Below are positions 1-12,479 of a stretch of 64,000 bases of DNA, piece by piece. How positions within the stretch are numbered: the stretch's first letter is position 1; each line of letters begins with the position of its first letter. This stretch comes from Hormiphora californensis (taxonomy: Eukaryota; Animalia; Ctenophora), in the NCBI GenBank assembly GCA_020137815.1, contig CM035359.1, positions 3,968,001-4,032,000 of the forward strand. Reading direction: 5' to 3'. The notes under the pieces are model-generated. The model saw only the letters and a program-made list of their open reading frames with translations, did not search any database and was not told the DNA's origin. The position numbers and the translations under genes are program-made.

Positions 1-1555
1 CAAAAAAGACAAAATAAAAAATGTCGTTTGGGTAAAAGCGAAGAAGGCCGGCTAGGATAAATCCAGTGCCGGGGGTGCTGATATCCCTTTGAATAACGTT
101 CAGCCACGGTCCTTCCGGTACAGATTTCTCTGCAGCGTAAAGTCGGATTTACCCAAATTTTAACGCTGGCCATGTTTAGGCGTCATGTGCTTATCCAATA
201 TCCACCACCAGGCGTCAGGACATCCGACATACAGCCACGGGGCTCTGTAAACAGACACAGATCGTAACAGCTCCCACCCCAACGCTCCTGCCTCCTAATT
301 TTTATTTATTAATATTGGTGTGGGGAGTGGGGACTGGTGTAAGGTGTTCTAACCCGACAAGACTCCCGCAGGTCTGCCGTCTGGTAGCCCCTCGATACTA
401 TGGAACACTGTAGTGGTGATCCAAACAGTTCTCTCTGCACGTGGTTCATCAACGTATTATGAAAATCACATTGACAGTCAATGATTGACTTAACCTCTCC
501 ATGATTGAGAGATAACGAACGACTGCTACACAACGTATGGGGGTAGTGAGAAAGAGAGGCAATGACCTTAGAGAATCTAGCAATACATCGAACCAACAGT
601 GCAGTCCGGGAATACCTTATTTTGTGATTTATATCCCAACATGCTGACAGTGACAATTTCATTTAAATATATAAGTGTCACTAATTCAGTTCAATCCAGA
701 GGACAGCTGACATGGAATCTACCAATCTAGTTTTAGATAACTCGGGTTTTGAGAGTAGGTTAAAAGTTTAGTCACAAAAAACATCAATAAGAATGACAAA
801 TGTCCTCGTGGTTGTGTTCTCCTTCATTGTCACGTTAATACTGAAAAACTAATCACTAAACTGCACTGTCAAACTCAAGTCAAATGTTCAAACGATTGAG
901 TCTGAAGAAGTCAACTATGTTGTGGTTTCACTCATGGCAATGTTTCATGATTAAAGTCCGTTTCAAGCGACTTGACCCGTAATTCTTGGAATTTGGCGCA
1001 TTGCGCGTGTATTTACAAAGGGGAAATCCTGAATTTCCAGGAATCTCAGGTCAAGTCGTTTGAAACGCACTTTAGGTTGGTTCAGGTGCAGGTCTTCCAG
1101 ACGACCTTCGGGCATCGGACTTTTGGAGAGTAACTTTCATTAGATCATCCTCCTCGATCGGGTTTTGTTTTCCTATGTTATATCCACCGAACGGACCTGC
1201 AAGGGGAGCGAGTGTTTTGAAACTCAAATGACAGTAAACAAACTCTATATCGTATAAAATAATACTAGGTTTCGATTGCATTGATTGGCTATCCTATTGG
1301 CTATCCTATTGGCTATCCTATTCAATGAATCGTTACAGGTATGTGTTTGTAAAGTATGATCTTAAAAACTGTACTTGATTTGTACTCGTTGAAAGTTTTC
1401 ACAATATTAGCAGTCACAACAACACGTTCAACTTTATCAAAAGGATCTTCCTCTTCATCATACATCATATCTTGGGTTCCTTCAACTCTCTCATTACACT
1501 GAGTGTTAATTGATTAATTACCATATATCAATTCAAAGAATTGAATTACAAATCA

Positions 1556-1938
1556 TTTTTTTCCCGCCCGGGTGAATGCCGAAGGCATTCATCCGGATGC
1601 CTTTTGCAAAAAGGCATAGGGGTTTAGAATTCGACAAGTTTACATACTAGTGAAGTGTCACGCTTTTTTGTCCTGTGACGTAACCCGATTAGTTGCGAGG
1701 GACAACGGTGTTGCTCCTTCATCAAATACTTCAATGGCACGTTTTCAGGAGATGTGAGCCGCGCAATGTGGCGCACAATTTAGTGCTACTAAAACACAAT
1801 GATTTGTTCTATACGGTTTGAGTGATTCATAAATGATCGGAAATGTCTGTCTCGCCTTCACATTTAATTTAGATGGTTATGAAAATAAAGGTTGGCGGGG
1901 AAACAGCATTATGAAACATAATGCAGTTATTCTTGTTT
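1556..1938 (+). mobile_element. Helentron-associated non-autonomous element (HINE/DINE-like), copy 1
   Basis: 5' T-run, then TTCCCGCCC and hairpin CCGGGTGAATGCC-GAA-GGCATTCATCCGG. The 3' end has an inverted subterminal match GGCGGGGAAA, stem-loop GCATTATG-AAA-CATAATGC and TTCTTGTTT. The same ends recur at 16295-21630 and 42951-43409. Confidence 0.7.
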
Positions 1939-3272
1939 AAACTTGTTTGAGACATGTGAGGTCTCAACCATGATGTGAAGAGTTTAGAAAATAAACATTC
2001 TGTCAGAGCATTGGCCTGACCCTATTCTCTCTCGGAGTGCGTGAGAACTGTGGTCAGAGCATCAAGGCCTGACTCATTCCAAATTACCACATTCTCCTCC
2101 TCCTCCTCCTGATCTGCCGTCCTGTTGGAAACTGCCAGTACAGCAGAAATGAGTTGAATGAGATAGTTTAGGAGCTGTAGACAGCACTGTAGACAACACT
2201 GGATAAGGATTGATGTCATTGCCTTCATTGCCCGTATCTCATCCGCTTTTTGACTCTAAACATTGGTTTAAATAAATTAGTATATGGGGTGTTTTATTAC
2301 GAAATATTCCTCCATCGATTATCGGAAGGCAAAACTGACATGAAGCTGGTTGCCCTTCGTGACAACTAAAAAAGTTGTCACTCTGCAGGACAGATATTTA
2401 TGAGTTGCACAAATGCAGCAGTATCGCGTGGTGATGTAATACCTTTTTAAGTTGTTCGCAAGGACTAATTCCTGCCCCGAATTCCCCGGGTTTTCCACAT
2501 CGTGTGTTGGTCGAAGTGGGTGGGCATGCGGCGGTAGCTAAACCATTGGCCACTGTATGTCTTCTTCTTATTCTCCGAAAAGGCATAATTCTAAATGGTC
2601 GCATATGGTTTTTGTGATATTATATCTTGCCAAGCTAGACTGCAATTCGCACGCAAAAAGAGTTTTAACAAAGCAAATTATATCAAGCACCGAAATAAAG
2701 CAAGCACCAACCAAAAATAAAAAAGAAATAAAAGCTTGTAAAATAATGGAGATCTAATGGAGAATTGGAAAGAGAAAGATTGAAAATATAAATCGCAACG
2801 ATCCAGAGCATTTAACATGTTCTTGCCTCTTGACGTCAATCGCAGAATTCTTTAACCGCTATACAGGTTGAGTTTTTCTAACACTGTGCTCACCGTGAAG
2901 AGAGCGGGGGGTCATGCAAACCACTTAAATGAGGGGTAAGTATATTAATTATTAAAGTTGTCCGATGAGGAATGGAGAATGGAGATCGAGGAAATTAATA
3001 AGTCCGATAAATCCACTACCGTTTGACTGTATTTCAAAACAAGGTGGTGGTGGACGGATTGAGACTAGATAATATGGAGCACTGTGCGTTGAGTGTGTGA
3101 CACTGTGTAGTCTACTTAGACTTCTACTTGGACTTCAAAACAAGATAAATAATGCAATCATATTATTTGTATGGTTAATATTGCTTCTTGGCGTTTCAAC
3201 AAGAATCTTAAATTTCCCTGATTATAACTATCTAGCTTACTTTTGAATCTGAGACAGCGTTTTGCAGATTTT

Positions 3273-3495
3273 GGGTCCAGTTAGAGATTTTGCGACTGAC
3301 GTTAGTTACAATGAAGCAGGCCCCTGCTGACGCTGCTGACACTGCCGCGCGCGCTACTTTACATGCAATTCACATCGAAAACCCTGCTAGTCAACGAAGA
3401 TTTGGCGCGCACAGGGACTCTCCCAGCTTGCGCCAGTTGCAGACTGGAGGCTGGCGCCAGAAACTGGAGCCAGCCTCCAATCTGCAACTGGAGCG
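3273..3495. mobile_element. 223-bp MITE, copy 1
   Basis: Imperfect TIRs GGGTCCAGTTAGAGATT / AATCTGCAACTGGAGCG, internal hairpin at the 3' end, near-identical copy at 8167-8389. Confidence 0.75.
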
Positions 3496-4059
3496 TTTTG
3501 ATGATTTAGCCATAAAAAGTTAAGCAATCAATCTGCAAAACTTTACTCCTATTTAGTGAGAACGTAATGTCTGAGACTGACCTTCTCAATGGAAAACATA
3601 ATGTCTTCCACTGAGGATCAGTCCTCGGTTGCTTTTTTACCAACTAGCTAATCAGTAAACTTATTATTTTCAATTCATCGTTACAAACAGGCAAAATAAC
3701 AATTTCATCGAGGGTAATACTAAGTAGGAACAGAATAGTCGTATCCAAAAGCAGAATCTGCTGCACATAATATCGGAGATATATGTAGCCTAAGACAAAG
3801 AGTATTGGACAAAGTAAACAATATATATCCTGGGATATCTATTTAGACATGTGCTTTGTGGGGCGTTGGCCGAAGGCAAGCCCAGGCACTCGGAGTAGTA
3901 TGTTCTTTATATTAAGGTACAAGTGTGCCAGAAATAGCTATGCGTGGAGCGAAGGAGGTATCACGTCGGAACCGCAATGATGATGATGATCAGCTTGATT
4001 AGACGAAATATTGGATCCATCCGTAGTAAATACCATTCTCATTAATCTATCTTTCGCTA

Positions 4060-4127
<68 letters not shown>

Positions 4128-4669
4128 TCTCTCTCTCTCGCTCTCCATCTCCCATGCAACTTCTATAGCTCTAATCGTAATGTGACTGCCTCTCCGGCTA
4201 GCTCCTAATAATGCAGATTAGGGTACTGCACCAAATTAGAGCCTGAAAGAGCAGCATTTGGTCTCCAAAAAACATTGTGGGAACCTAGAAAGCTGGACAT
4301 AATTTAAGACTCTTTAATAAAGAATATTTTAATACCTAAGTATACGTGTATGTGGTAGCATCTTCAAAATAATGATATACTCGGAGAGGAAGGGCTTCCT
4401 CATAGGACTTGGACACTATCTTATTTCAAACAGCAGTATGTGGCTCTATTCATACACAGTCTATCTTAGTCATAACATGTTTCTTTCGCTATCCTTTCAT
4501 GCATCAACACCACGTTGATGTGATTTTTTGTCCTAACTATATCACAGCGCTGACAAGCACCCTCGGGGAGAATCTTAATCTAAATGCCAAATAGCTAATG
4601 CCGAAATGTTAATCTTTCTCTCGTCTCACTAGTCAGAAGTTTCTACGCTGCCTATTTTTCCTTGTGCTA

Positions 4670-5121
4670 GGGATCTTGGGACCTTATGTCTTTGTTCAAA
4701 ATAACATATAGGATGAATATTTTTCAATCCCTGAGTTTATAGGATCGAAATAGCATTGAGCCTGGAGATTTTAGCAGGAGCGATCAGTTATTCTTGATCT
4801 TCACTGGGCTTCACTTAGTAGAATATACAGAAAATAAGATAAAGATGAAGATAATATACAATGTGTCCGGAGATTCTCCGGACACATTGTCTCGTCGACT
4901 AATAATTGGTTTTCTTTCTCCAGCAGAAGGACTGTGCTAGATATGTATACAACTGAGACTCCAAACTTTGTGGCCATCTTGTACACAAAATGATGATGAA
5001 TGGATGAAAGAGCTCTTCCCTTAGTTAAAGTATGAAACTCACTGTCAGCCACAGATGCACACACACAGCTTAGGACACATAACAAGGCAACTAGCCAAAT
5101 ATAACACAAAGAGTGACCCAC
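4670..5121 (-). pseudogene. Possible decayed 7TM-receptor fragment
   Basis: Hydrophobic segments CYIWLVALLCVLS, FGVSVVYISSTVLLL and ILSSSLSYFLYILL, then after stops an ILYVILNKDIRSQ segment resembling TM7/helix 8. There is no intact frame. Confidence 0.25.
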
Positions 5122-5213
5122 GGCACTGCCGAGAGAGATATATTAATTACGGCATGCTGAGTTAAAGAAGAAAGGAAAGGGTTTAAAAACTCTGCGGAAC
5201 GGGGTTGACTTAA

Positions 5214-5884
5214 AGTAAGAGTGGCGCGCCGTGTTTTCTCACAAAACTTGGTGGATGAACGGGGAGTACCACAAGGACCGTTGGTACGGTATCGAAAATT
5301 TCCAATTCTGTCTCGTTCATTAGTTATGACGTAATATGTTCATTATTTCAACTTTCATAAAATTGCTCTACAGAAAAATCTGTTCATTGTGGATTGAAAT
5401 GGATGCTTGCATCGTGTTCAGCGTCAAAAAATAGCCGGGGTACCAAATTTTGGTGTCTCTACCTTGTCTGTGACGCGAGATATCGACAATTATCAAAAAC
5501 GACCAAAAATGGGAGAAAGAGAGTTTGTTATCTTTGGGTGCTAGTTGTTTGTGCGCGCCACCCACTTGTAACAATCTCTCTTTCTCTCACTTTTGTCGTT
5601 TTTGATATTTGTCAATATCTCGCGTCACAGACAAGGTAGAGACACCAAAATTTGGTACCCCGGCTATTTTTTGACGCTGAACACGATGCAAGCATCCATT
5701 TCAATCCACAATGAACAGATTTTTCTGTAGAGCAATTTTGTGAAAGTTGAAATAATGAACATATTACGTCATAACTAATGAACGAGACAGAATTGGAAAT
5801 TTTCGATACCGTACCAATGGTCCTTGTGGTACTCCCCGTTCATCCACCAAGTTTTGTGAGAAAACACGGCGCGCCACTCATACT
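5214..5884. mobile_element. Foldback MITE with TTAA target duplication (Kolobok-like AG...CT termini)
   Basis: ttaa|AGTAAGAGTGGCGCGCCG ... CGGCGCGCCACTCATACT|ttaa; near-perfect arms of ~300 bp around a short spacer. Confidence 0.75.
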
Positions 5885-6273
5885 TTAAGAAATATGTATA
5901 AAATTCCCATTCTCTGACGTGTGCCAAGCTGCCAATTAAAAGTTGGACTGCGGGAGACTCCAGGTTCCCACACTTTTTATTGCAAGCTCCAATTGTAGCC
6001 ATACACTTGGCAAGGTCACTTCTTTTGCAGCTTAAAATTAGCGTATTTTATCCAGAGAAATAACATGTCACGGGGCAAGAGAAAAAATAACTGAGCCCTT
6101 GGCATAGGAAGATGTGGTGCTCTGTTATATTGGCCTCCCACATAAAGCGTTGCCCAAAGCTCAAAGCGTTGTCCACGACGTCTAAGACTTCGTCCAAAAA
6201 CATTGGCTGCTTTTTCGCGTGTCTTGGGCGTCGTGGACAACTTCGCGTCGTATTTCGAAAGATAAACACAGAA

Positions 6274-6940
6274 TAGTAGAGTCGATAACTACATCGACCC
6301 CTCCCAATGGAACTTGGGGTAAAACCATGGGTGTCAAAAGTTAGCTCTAGGTCTCCTGAGTAACCAATGGTTACTAACCATCCGGAGACTCTAAGAGATA
6401 TTTCAAGCCGTTCTCCCGTGATCATTAATCCCGGTAGAGCACATATTTGAGTATGGACATACGTGCAATTGCCTACAACCTCAACTTTAATGTATAACGT
6501 TAATGTGCGTCTCTCTCTTTTCTCCCCCTTGAGAAAGAGTTATCTCGCGCGGCGCAACTGCACGTGCGGTTTTTCCAGAGAGAGTGAGAGACATACAATA
6601 ACATGTAAAAGCCTGCCAGCGCTCACGAACGTCCATATTGTATTTATTGTCTCCACCGGGATTAATGATTACGGGAGAACGGCTTAAAATATCTCTTAGA
6701 GTCTCCGGATGGTTGCTCAGGAGAACTAGAGCTAACTTTTGACACCCATGGTTTTACCCCAAGTCAAAAAAAATAGTTCGGTTTTTGTTATGATCAGCAA
6801 CATTTCAAATGCTGATTACACCATGATGAAAACAGTTTGTGAAAAAGTAACACCTGTTTAGAGGTCGTGTCGAGGCTCCAAACAGATGTAACAAAAACTG
6901 GAACAATTGGGAGGGGTCGATGTAGTTATCGACTCTACTA
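6274..6940. mobile_element. Long-TIR non-autonomous DNA element, copy 1 (left arm internally deleted)
   Basis: Termini TAGTAGAGTCGATAACTACATCGACC / GGTCGATGTAGTTATCGACTCTACTA; full-length copy in opposite orientation at 62420-63212. Confidence 0.8.
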
Positions 6941-7685
6941 GAAGGAAATATTTCACTTAGAGGTGGGAATGGAACAACCGGCCATGGAGAGAGAGAGTAT
7001 GATATTGGAATGAGATGGAACAAAAATAACCATTACTATAGGAGATTATTATGTAGCTAGGATATATAAGGGAGAGCAGTGTACAACAACAAAAATCGGA
7101 GCTGCGAAGTGTGACATGCACTGATAGCTCTTGTGTACAATTACACAGCAAACCTGTATTAATATTGCTCCAGCACTACAACAAATACAGTGCTGATTTG
7201 TAACACTTATAGAGGCCGCCTGATCAGAGACAGATTCTCTGTATACTAATCAGATAGCTGTTAACAGAATTCTACTTCTTCAGTAATAGATCAGTGAAAG
7301 TAAGTAAGGGATGGAAGAACAACACACCATATTTGACCTGTCCCAATTCTCATTTCTTTCAAATCAGCTGCTGCTCTGCACGCGGATCGCGAGAACCGCG
7401 GTGAGAGCATTGGCCTGACAGAACTGCAGTACAAGATAGAACAAAACAGTTCGTTCAATCGTATTTCAATACGAAATTATCTAAAAAACACGGCGCGCTG
7501 GAACCAACTGTTTTACTCTATCTAGTACCGTTCCCCCACAACGACCTTGTCCACACCAATACATTAGCTGTAGTACTACAAGCACTATATTTCTCTAACT
7601 GGAGTGCACACAAATCACGCTGACAGTGTAATGAAATAGAGGAAGGGAAACCATATTACATACTTTGACAGGAACACCTTGCTCC

Positions 7686-7703
7686 TCTCTCTCTCTTTCT
7701 CTC

Positions 7704-7773
<70 letters not shown>

Positions 7774-7804
7774 TGTCTCTCTCGCTGTCTCTCTCGCTGT
7801 CTCT

Positions 7805-7878
<74 letters not shown>
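7686..7878. repeat. (CT)n microsatellite, representative of many (also ~4060-4142, 9780-9840, 12333-12474, 30209-30516, 31340-31420, 31697-31800, 39597-39710, 40270-40470, 41520-41610, 46790-47026)
   Basis: Direct dinucleotide repeat; explains the SLSL/RERE ORFs in the track. Confidence 0.95.
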
Positions 7879-7883
<5 letters not shown>

Positions 7884-8166
7884 ACATAAAATTAGCTAAC
7901 CAACCCTTCAGATTATGAAATTATAACTGTCAGCCTACAAAAGAGTAGTAATTTAAACCCTAGCAATGCACATAATGCAAGCTATAATATGTATATTATC
8001 GGCCGTGGTCTTGGAATGAAGGATATCGATGAGATATAAAGTATAAACCACCATTCCCCTGTAATTTAAACCAATATAATACTATGGACTATTTATATGT
8101 AGCTCAGAAGGGCGTGGATCGTTGTCCACGAAGTTTTCTTTTTTCAATTATCCCTTTTTCCTATAT

Positions 8167-8389
8167 GGGTCCAGTTAGAGATTTTGCGACCGAAGTTAGT
8201 TACAATGGTGCAGGCCCCTGCTGACACTGCTGACACTGCCGCGCGCGCCACTCTAGATGCAAATCACATCGAAAACCCTGCTAGTCAACGAAGATTTCGC
8301 GCGCACAGGGACTCTCCCAGCTTGCGCCAGTTGCAGATTGGAGGCTGGCGCCAGAAACTGGCGCCAGCCTCCAATCTGCAACTGGAGCG
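8167..8389. mobile_element. 223-bp MITE, copy 2
   Basis: Same length and near-identical to 3273-3495. Confidence 0.75.
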
Positions 8390-9775
8390 TAATGGCCATC
8401 AACTGTTAAGACTGCCATATATCCAGCAATTAGAATATACACATACACCCGAGTACCCAATATTAATTTGTTGAGTTATTGTTGAGTTACTCAACAAATA
8501 TTAATACAATGACAAATTAGTATTATGTTACTGTAGTTGATTTATAGAGTTCATCGTTTAGACTTTAGAGTCCAAACGGGCCAGGAACCTAGACTACTTA
8601 GTGCTTATAAATACAATATTTAATGAAGACTATCATAGAAAACTGAAACGAATCAATGAGAGACCAGGCATTATTGGGGGAGGGGGAGAGAAACATTTAA
8701 AAAAATAGATTAAGCGAGCCTCGTTATATTTGGAGCGTTATGTGAATGAACGATTTCCTATTTGTCAAATTGGGGCGGGAAAGAAAGAAGGGAAGGGGAT
8801 TGATAGAATGAGAGATTTGGAGAAAGATACTTGAGAGCCAAGAGGTGAGGGATAAAATTGTCTTGCTATGGAAATTTACTCAACAAATGGAAATATGGTA
8901 GCTATTTAATAAAAGAATAAAAAATACTAATCACACACACACATTCGGATTTCACTAAGTCAAAAACTACAAGCGCAAAAATTAAGTTGTAGTTGTTTAA
9001 CAAATTTGTCTGTGTATATCAAGTGAATTAACTTGCGTATATATGACATCAGAAAACTTGAGAATTCGGTCTAGAAAGACGTAAAATGGGTTCAGAGTAC
9101 TGGGTCGCCTGTGACCCAATCGTGCCCAAAGGGCCAAAGGGTTAGGCAAGGTCCAGATTGGTACCATTCCCAACGATGAACTATAAGTCCTCAGAAGTCA
9201 GTAAGTCGATCGACTCTTGAGAGTTGTGTTGACCTGAGCAAGGCATGGGTCTAGGGTGATCACCAGCAAGACATGTACAGCAGTGGGCTGTGTGACAAGG
9301 TCTAGTAATCACGTTGTTGCCCCCCCCCCCCCCCACGACACACACGCACATGCCAACCAATAACACTTGTGCTGCACTGCTGGGCATTGCAATCATGATA
9401 TTAGCTCTCGCGTAGCTCGTGTGAGAGAATACTTTCTAATCATATAACGATAACGGACAGCTGTTGGTGAATAACTGTAGACGATAGCGTGAGATCTCCT
9501 CTTATGCGAGAGAGACGAGAGAAGAAGAGCCCGATACGAGAGAGCAGAGAGAGGAGAGAGAGAGAGAGAGCAGAATGAGAGAGCAGAGCGGAGATCGAGA
9601 GAGCAGAGAGATAGAGAGAGCGAGCATGCATATAGAAGCCGTATCTAGATAGCTATATCAGCGCTAGAGATAGCTAAGATATAGAGAGCTAGATGCTCAG
9701 TCTGCTAGGACTCTCTAGCGAGATATCTCAGGCTCTCTCATCGTCAAACGATCTTCTGCTCTCACAGTTCTATAG

Positions 9776-9843
<68 letters not shown>

Positions 9844-10181
9844 CTCAATCTCAATCTGTTCATTTACATCTTCCCCTTTGTCAGAAATGAGTCCATGAAA
9901 GGGGGATGAATACAGATATATAGGAACGATGAAGACAAGAAAGAAAAAAAGGGAATGAACATGATTGCAATCAATATCTTGTATCGGTGTCAGCTCCCCC
10001 TCCCGGCAGGCGGCAACCGCCCCCCCCCCCTTCTCCCTGGCTCCTACTGAGTGTCTCCTGGTAGAGATTTTCGACACCCTGTATGAGCCAGCTAATTAGG
10101 TCCAATACAACTTATCTCGTGATCACGTTGTCATTGTGTTCATCATATGCTCAGGGATTGAGTTAAGTGGATGGTCTCTAT

Positions 10182-10286
10182 CAGTGGTCATCCGACATAT
10201 TCCGACGTGAAATTCGACCTGGAATGAGGCCGAATTTCACGTCGAATTTCACGTCGAGGTATGGCAATTATGTCGGATGACCACTG
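10182..10286. mobile_element. Small MITE (CAGTGG termini, Tc1/mariner-like) upstream of the zinc-finger gene
   Basis: TIR CAGTGGTCATCCGACATA / TATGTCGGATGACCACTG; internal GAATTTCACGTCG repeats. Confidence 0.55.
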
Positions 10287-10539
10287 TATGATAATCACTT
10301 CGGGTTTGATGGGCGCGCACGACAAACGCAAATTTTAAGGGACTTTGGCGCGACATGTTGTAACGCGCAAAATATTAACGCGCAGTTTCGATTGAGTTGT
10401 CGCGCGTGGCGATGCGCGCTAGGAAATTGCTGCAAATTTTAAAAATTTGGACTCAGAGATTTTAAGATTTGCTGTCCAAAAAATTAACAATTCCTAATGA
10501 AACATGGCCGCGGAAGAAGCGACAGTTTGAATATCTGAA

Positions 10540-12342
10540 ATGGATCAAGTAGACCCAGAGGATTGTCGGCGGTCGATGAGAAAGCGAAGGAAGGTCAATT
10601 ACAACCAGGTGGCACTAAAACCTAAATGTAAAGCTGCCTCTGAGCCGTCCCGACCTGAACCGTCAACTAAAAAACTGCGATCAAAGTAAGTATTGAAGAT
10701 TAAGTCGACTTCTTGTCATCACTAACTATTTTCCTTATTTCAGGGTCAAGTGCGTGGCAGGAGAAAAAATACCAAAGATAACGGTGATAGAGCCAAAGAA
10801 AGAATGTTCGCCAAAACTACACTCTGTGGCAGAATCAGCCATGGAAACTGGAAAATACCCTCTGAATTTTACAGAAAAGTTTGTCAACGACCTCATAGCA
10901 ACAGGGAACCGAAGTGCAATGGAGAAAGCTATAAAGATGCTCCAGGATGCTTTGGGGAAAGCAGATAAATCAGATAAAACTTCCCGGTCCTCCCTTCCCA
11001 TACAGCCGCCCGCTACCCAAGCCGGGAATTCTGTCATTATGGAAGGAGTTATCAATAACCAATCGTGTTATTTGATCCCAATTAATATCGGCAACATGAT
11101 TGGCAACATCCAACCTCTCCCAGCTATGCAGGGTAAGACATACAGGGTGATACAGTAATTAATTGGATGATTCAATAATTAATTGGATGATACAGCAACT
11201 AATTCACTGACACCCCTCCCCCTAATTTAGGAGCACCTGTGGTACCCCCACCACCTCCTATGAATGCCATCCAGCCAGTGGTTCCTATCCAGCAGCAACC
11301 AAAGCGAACTACTCCCTACGTTCCTCCGGTGGTTTTTAAGGAGTATACAGCACCCCAAAAACCACTGATCATAACAGCGCCCGTTGCCATGCCACAAACG
11401 CCCATTTCCGTTGGTAAAACTCCTCCATCTGCGACAGCGATTTCTGGAGGTGTTGTGCCTCAAGTGACAAGTTATGGGCAGCAGAGTGTAGTTTTTGGAC
11501 AGCCGACCACTGCTGGAGCATCGTCTCTTGGACAACAATCGGTTGTCATGACATCGTGTTTACAGCCTACTCCCGTAAGTTATAATCTCAGAAACTTTTG
11601 AAGTTATTGACAACAAAATCACATCTCGATATATTTCCGTTGTATAACAAATCTTCCCTGACAGATGGTGGCCTCAGCTGGTACGTCGTCCCAAGCTTCC
11701 AACTCATCGCCATATCCTGTTATTGATCTGGAGCCAGAAATCTCTCTTACAGCGACACACGGTAGGAAAATGTGGGGTATTTGAGGGGGGTTGTTAGATT
11801 TATTAGATGATTGTTAGACTGAGAAACGAAAATGGCTAATTCATGTCTCTCTGAATCCTTTGAAAGATAATTAACTGTTTGAGTGCAATATATTGCTAAT
11901 TAATAAACTCTATACTCATCCGCTTGATTTCAGAGGTATCAGTCACGCCAGCGGGCAGCACAGTGGCAAAAGAGACAGTTGCCTCAACTAGTGATGGCAA
12001 TACCCCACTGGGGATAACGGAGATTGTTCCTTCATCTTTAGTTGAAAAGAAGAGTGATGATGGAAGTGAACTTCTAATTAAGAATATTCTTGAGACGCTC
12101 CAATCAACTGACTCACTTAATGAGGTGAAGATGGTACCTCAATTAATTATTATTATTTGATTATTGATCGATTAATTAATTCAATCTGTATTGCCACTTT
12201 TTACTATACCTACCTATTTTTAGGCATTAGGTCAGCTGAGTCAGGAAGAGATTATGGCGATAGTTAGTCTTCTGACAGAGAGTACTGATGACAACCCCCT
12301 CTCCGCTGTGGGTAAGTAGTGGTTAGTTCTTTTCTCTCTCTC

Positions 12343-12386
<44 letters not shown>

Positions 12387-12403
12387 TCTCTCTCTCTCTC
12401 TCC

Positions 12404-12479
<76 letters not shown>

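Noticed and set aside
309-662. 117-aa minus-strand ORF ending near a TAAA-rich tail
   Set aside because: No recognisable motif; it may be a retroelement 3' remnant, but I cannot support that.
10504-10530. 8-codon uORF before the zinc-finger ATG
   Set aside because: The TSS is unknown, and AACATGGCCG may simply be a YY1-like promoter motif.
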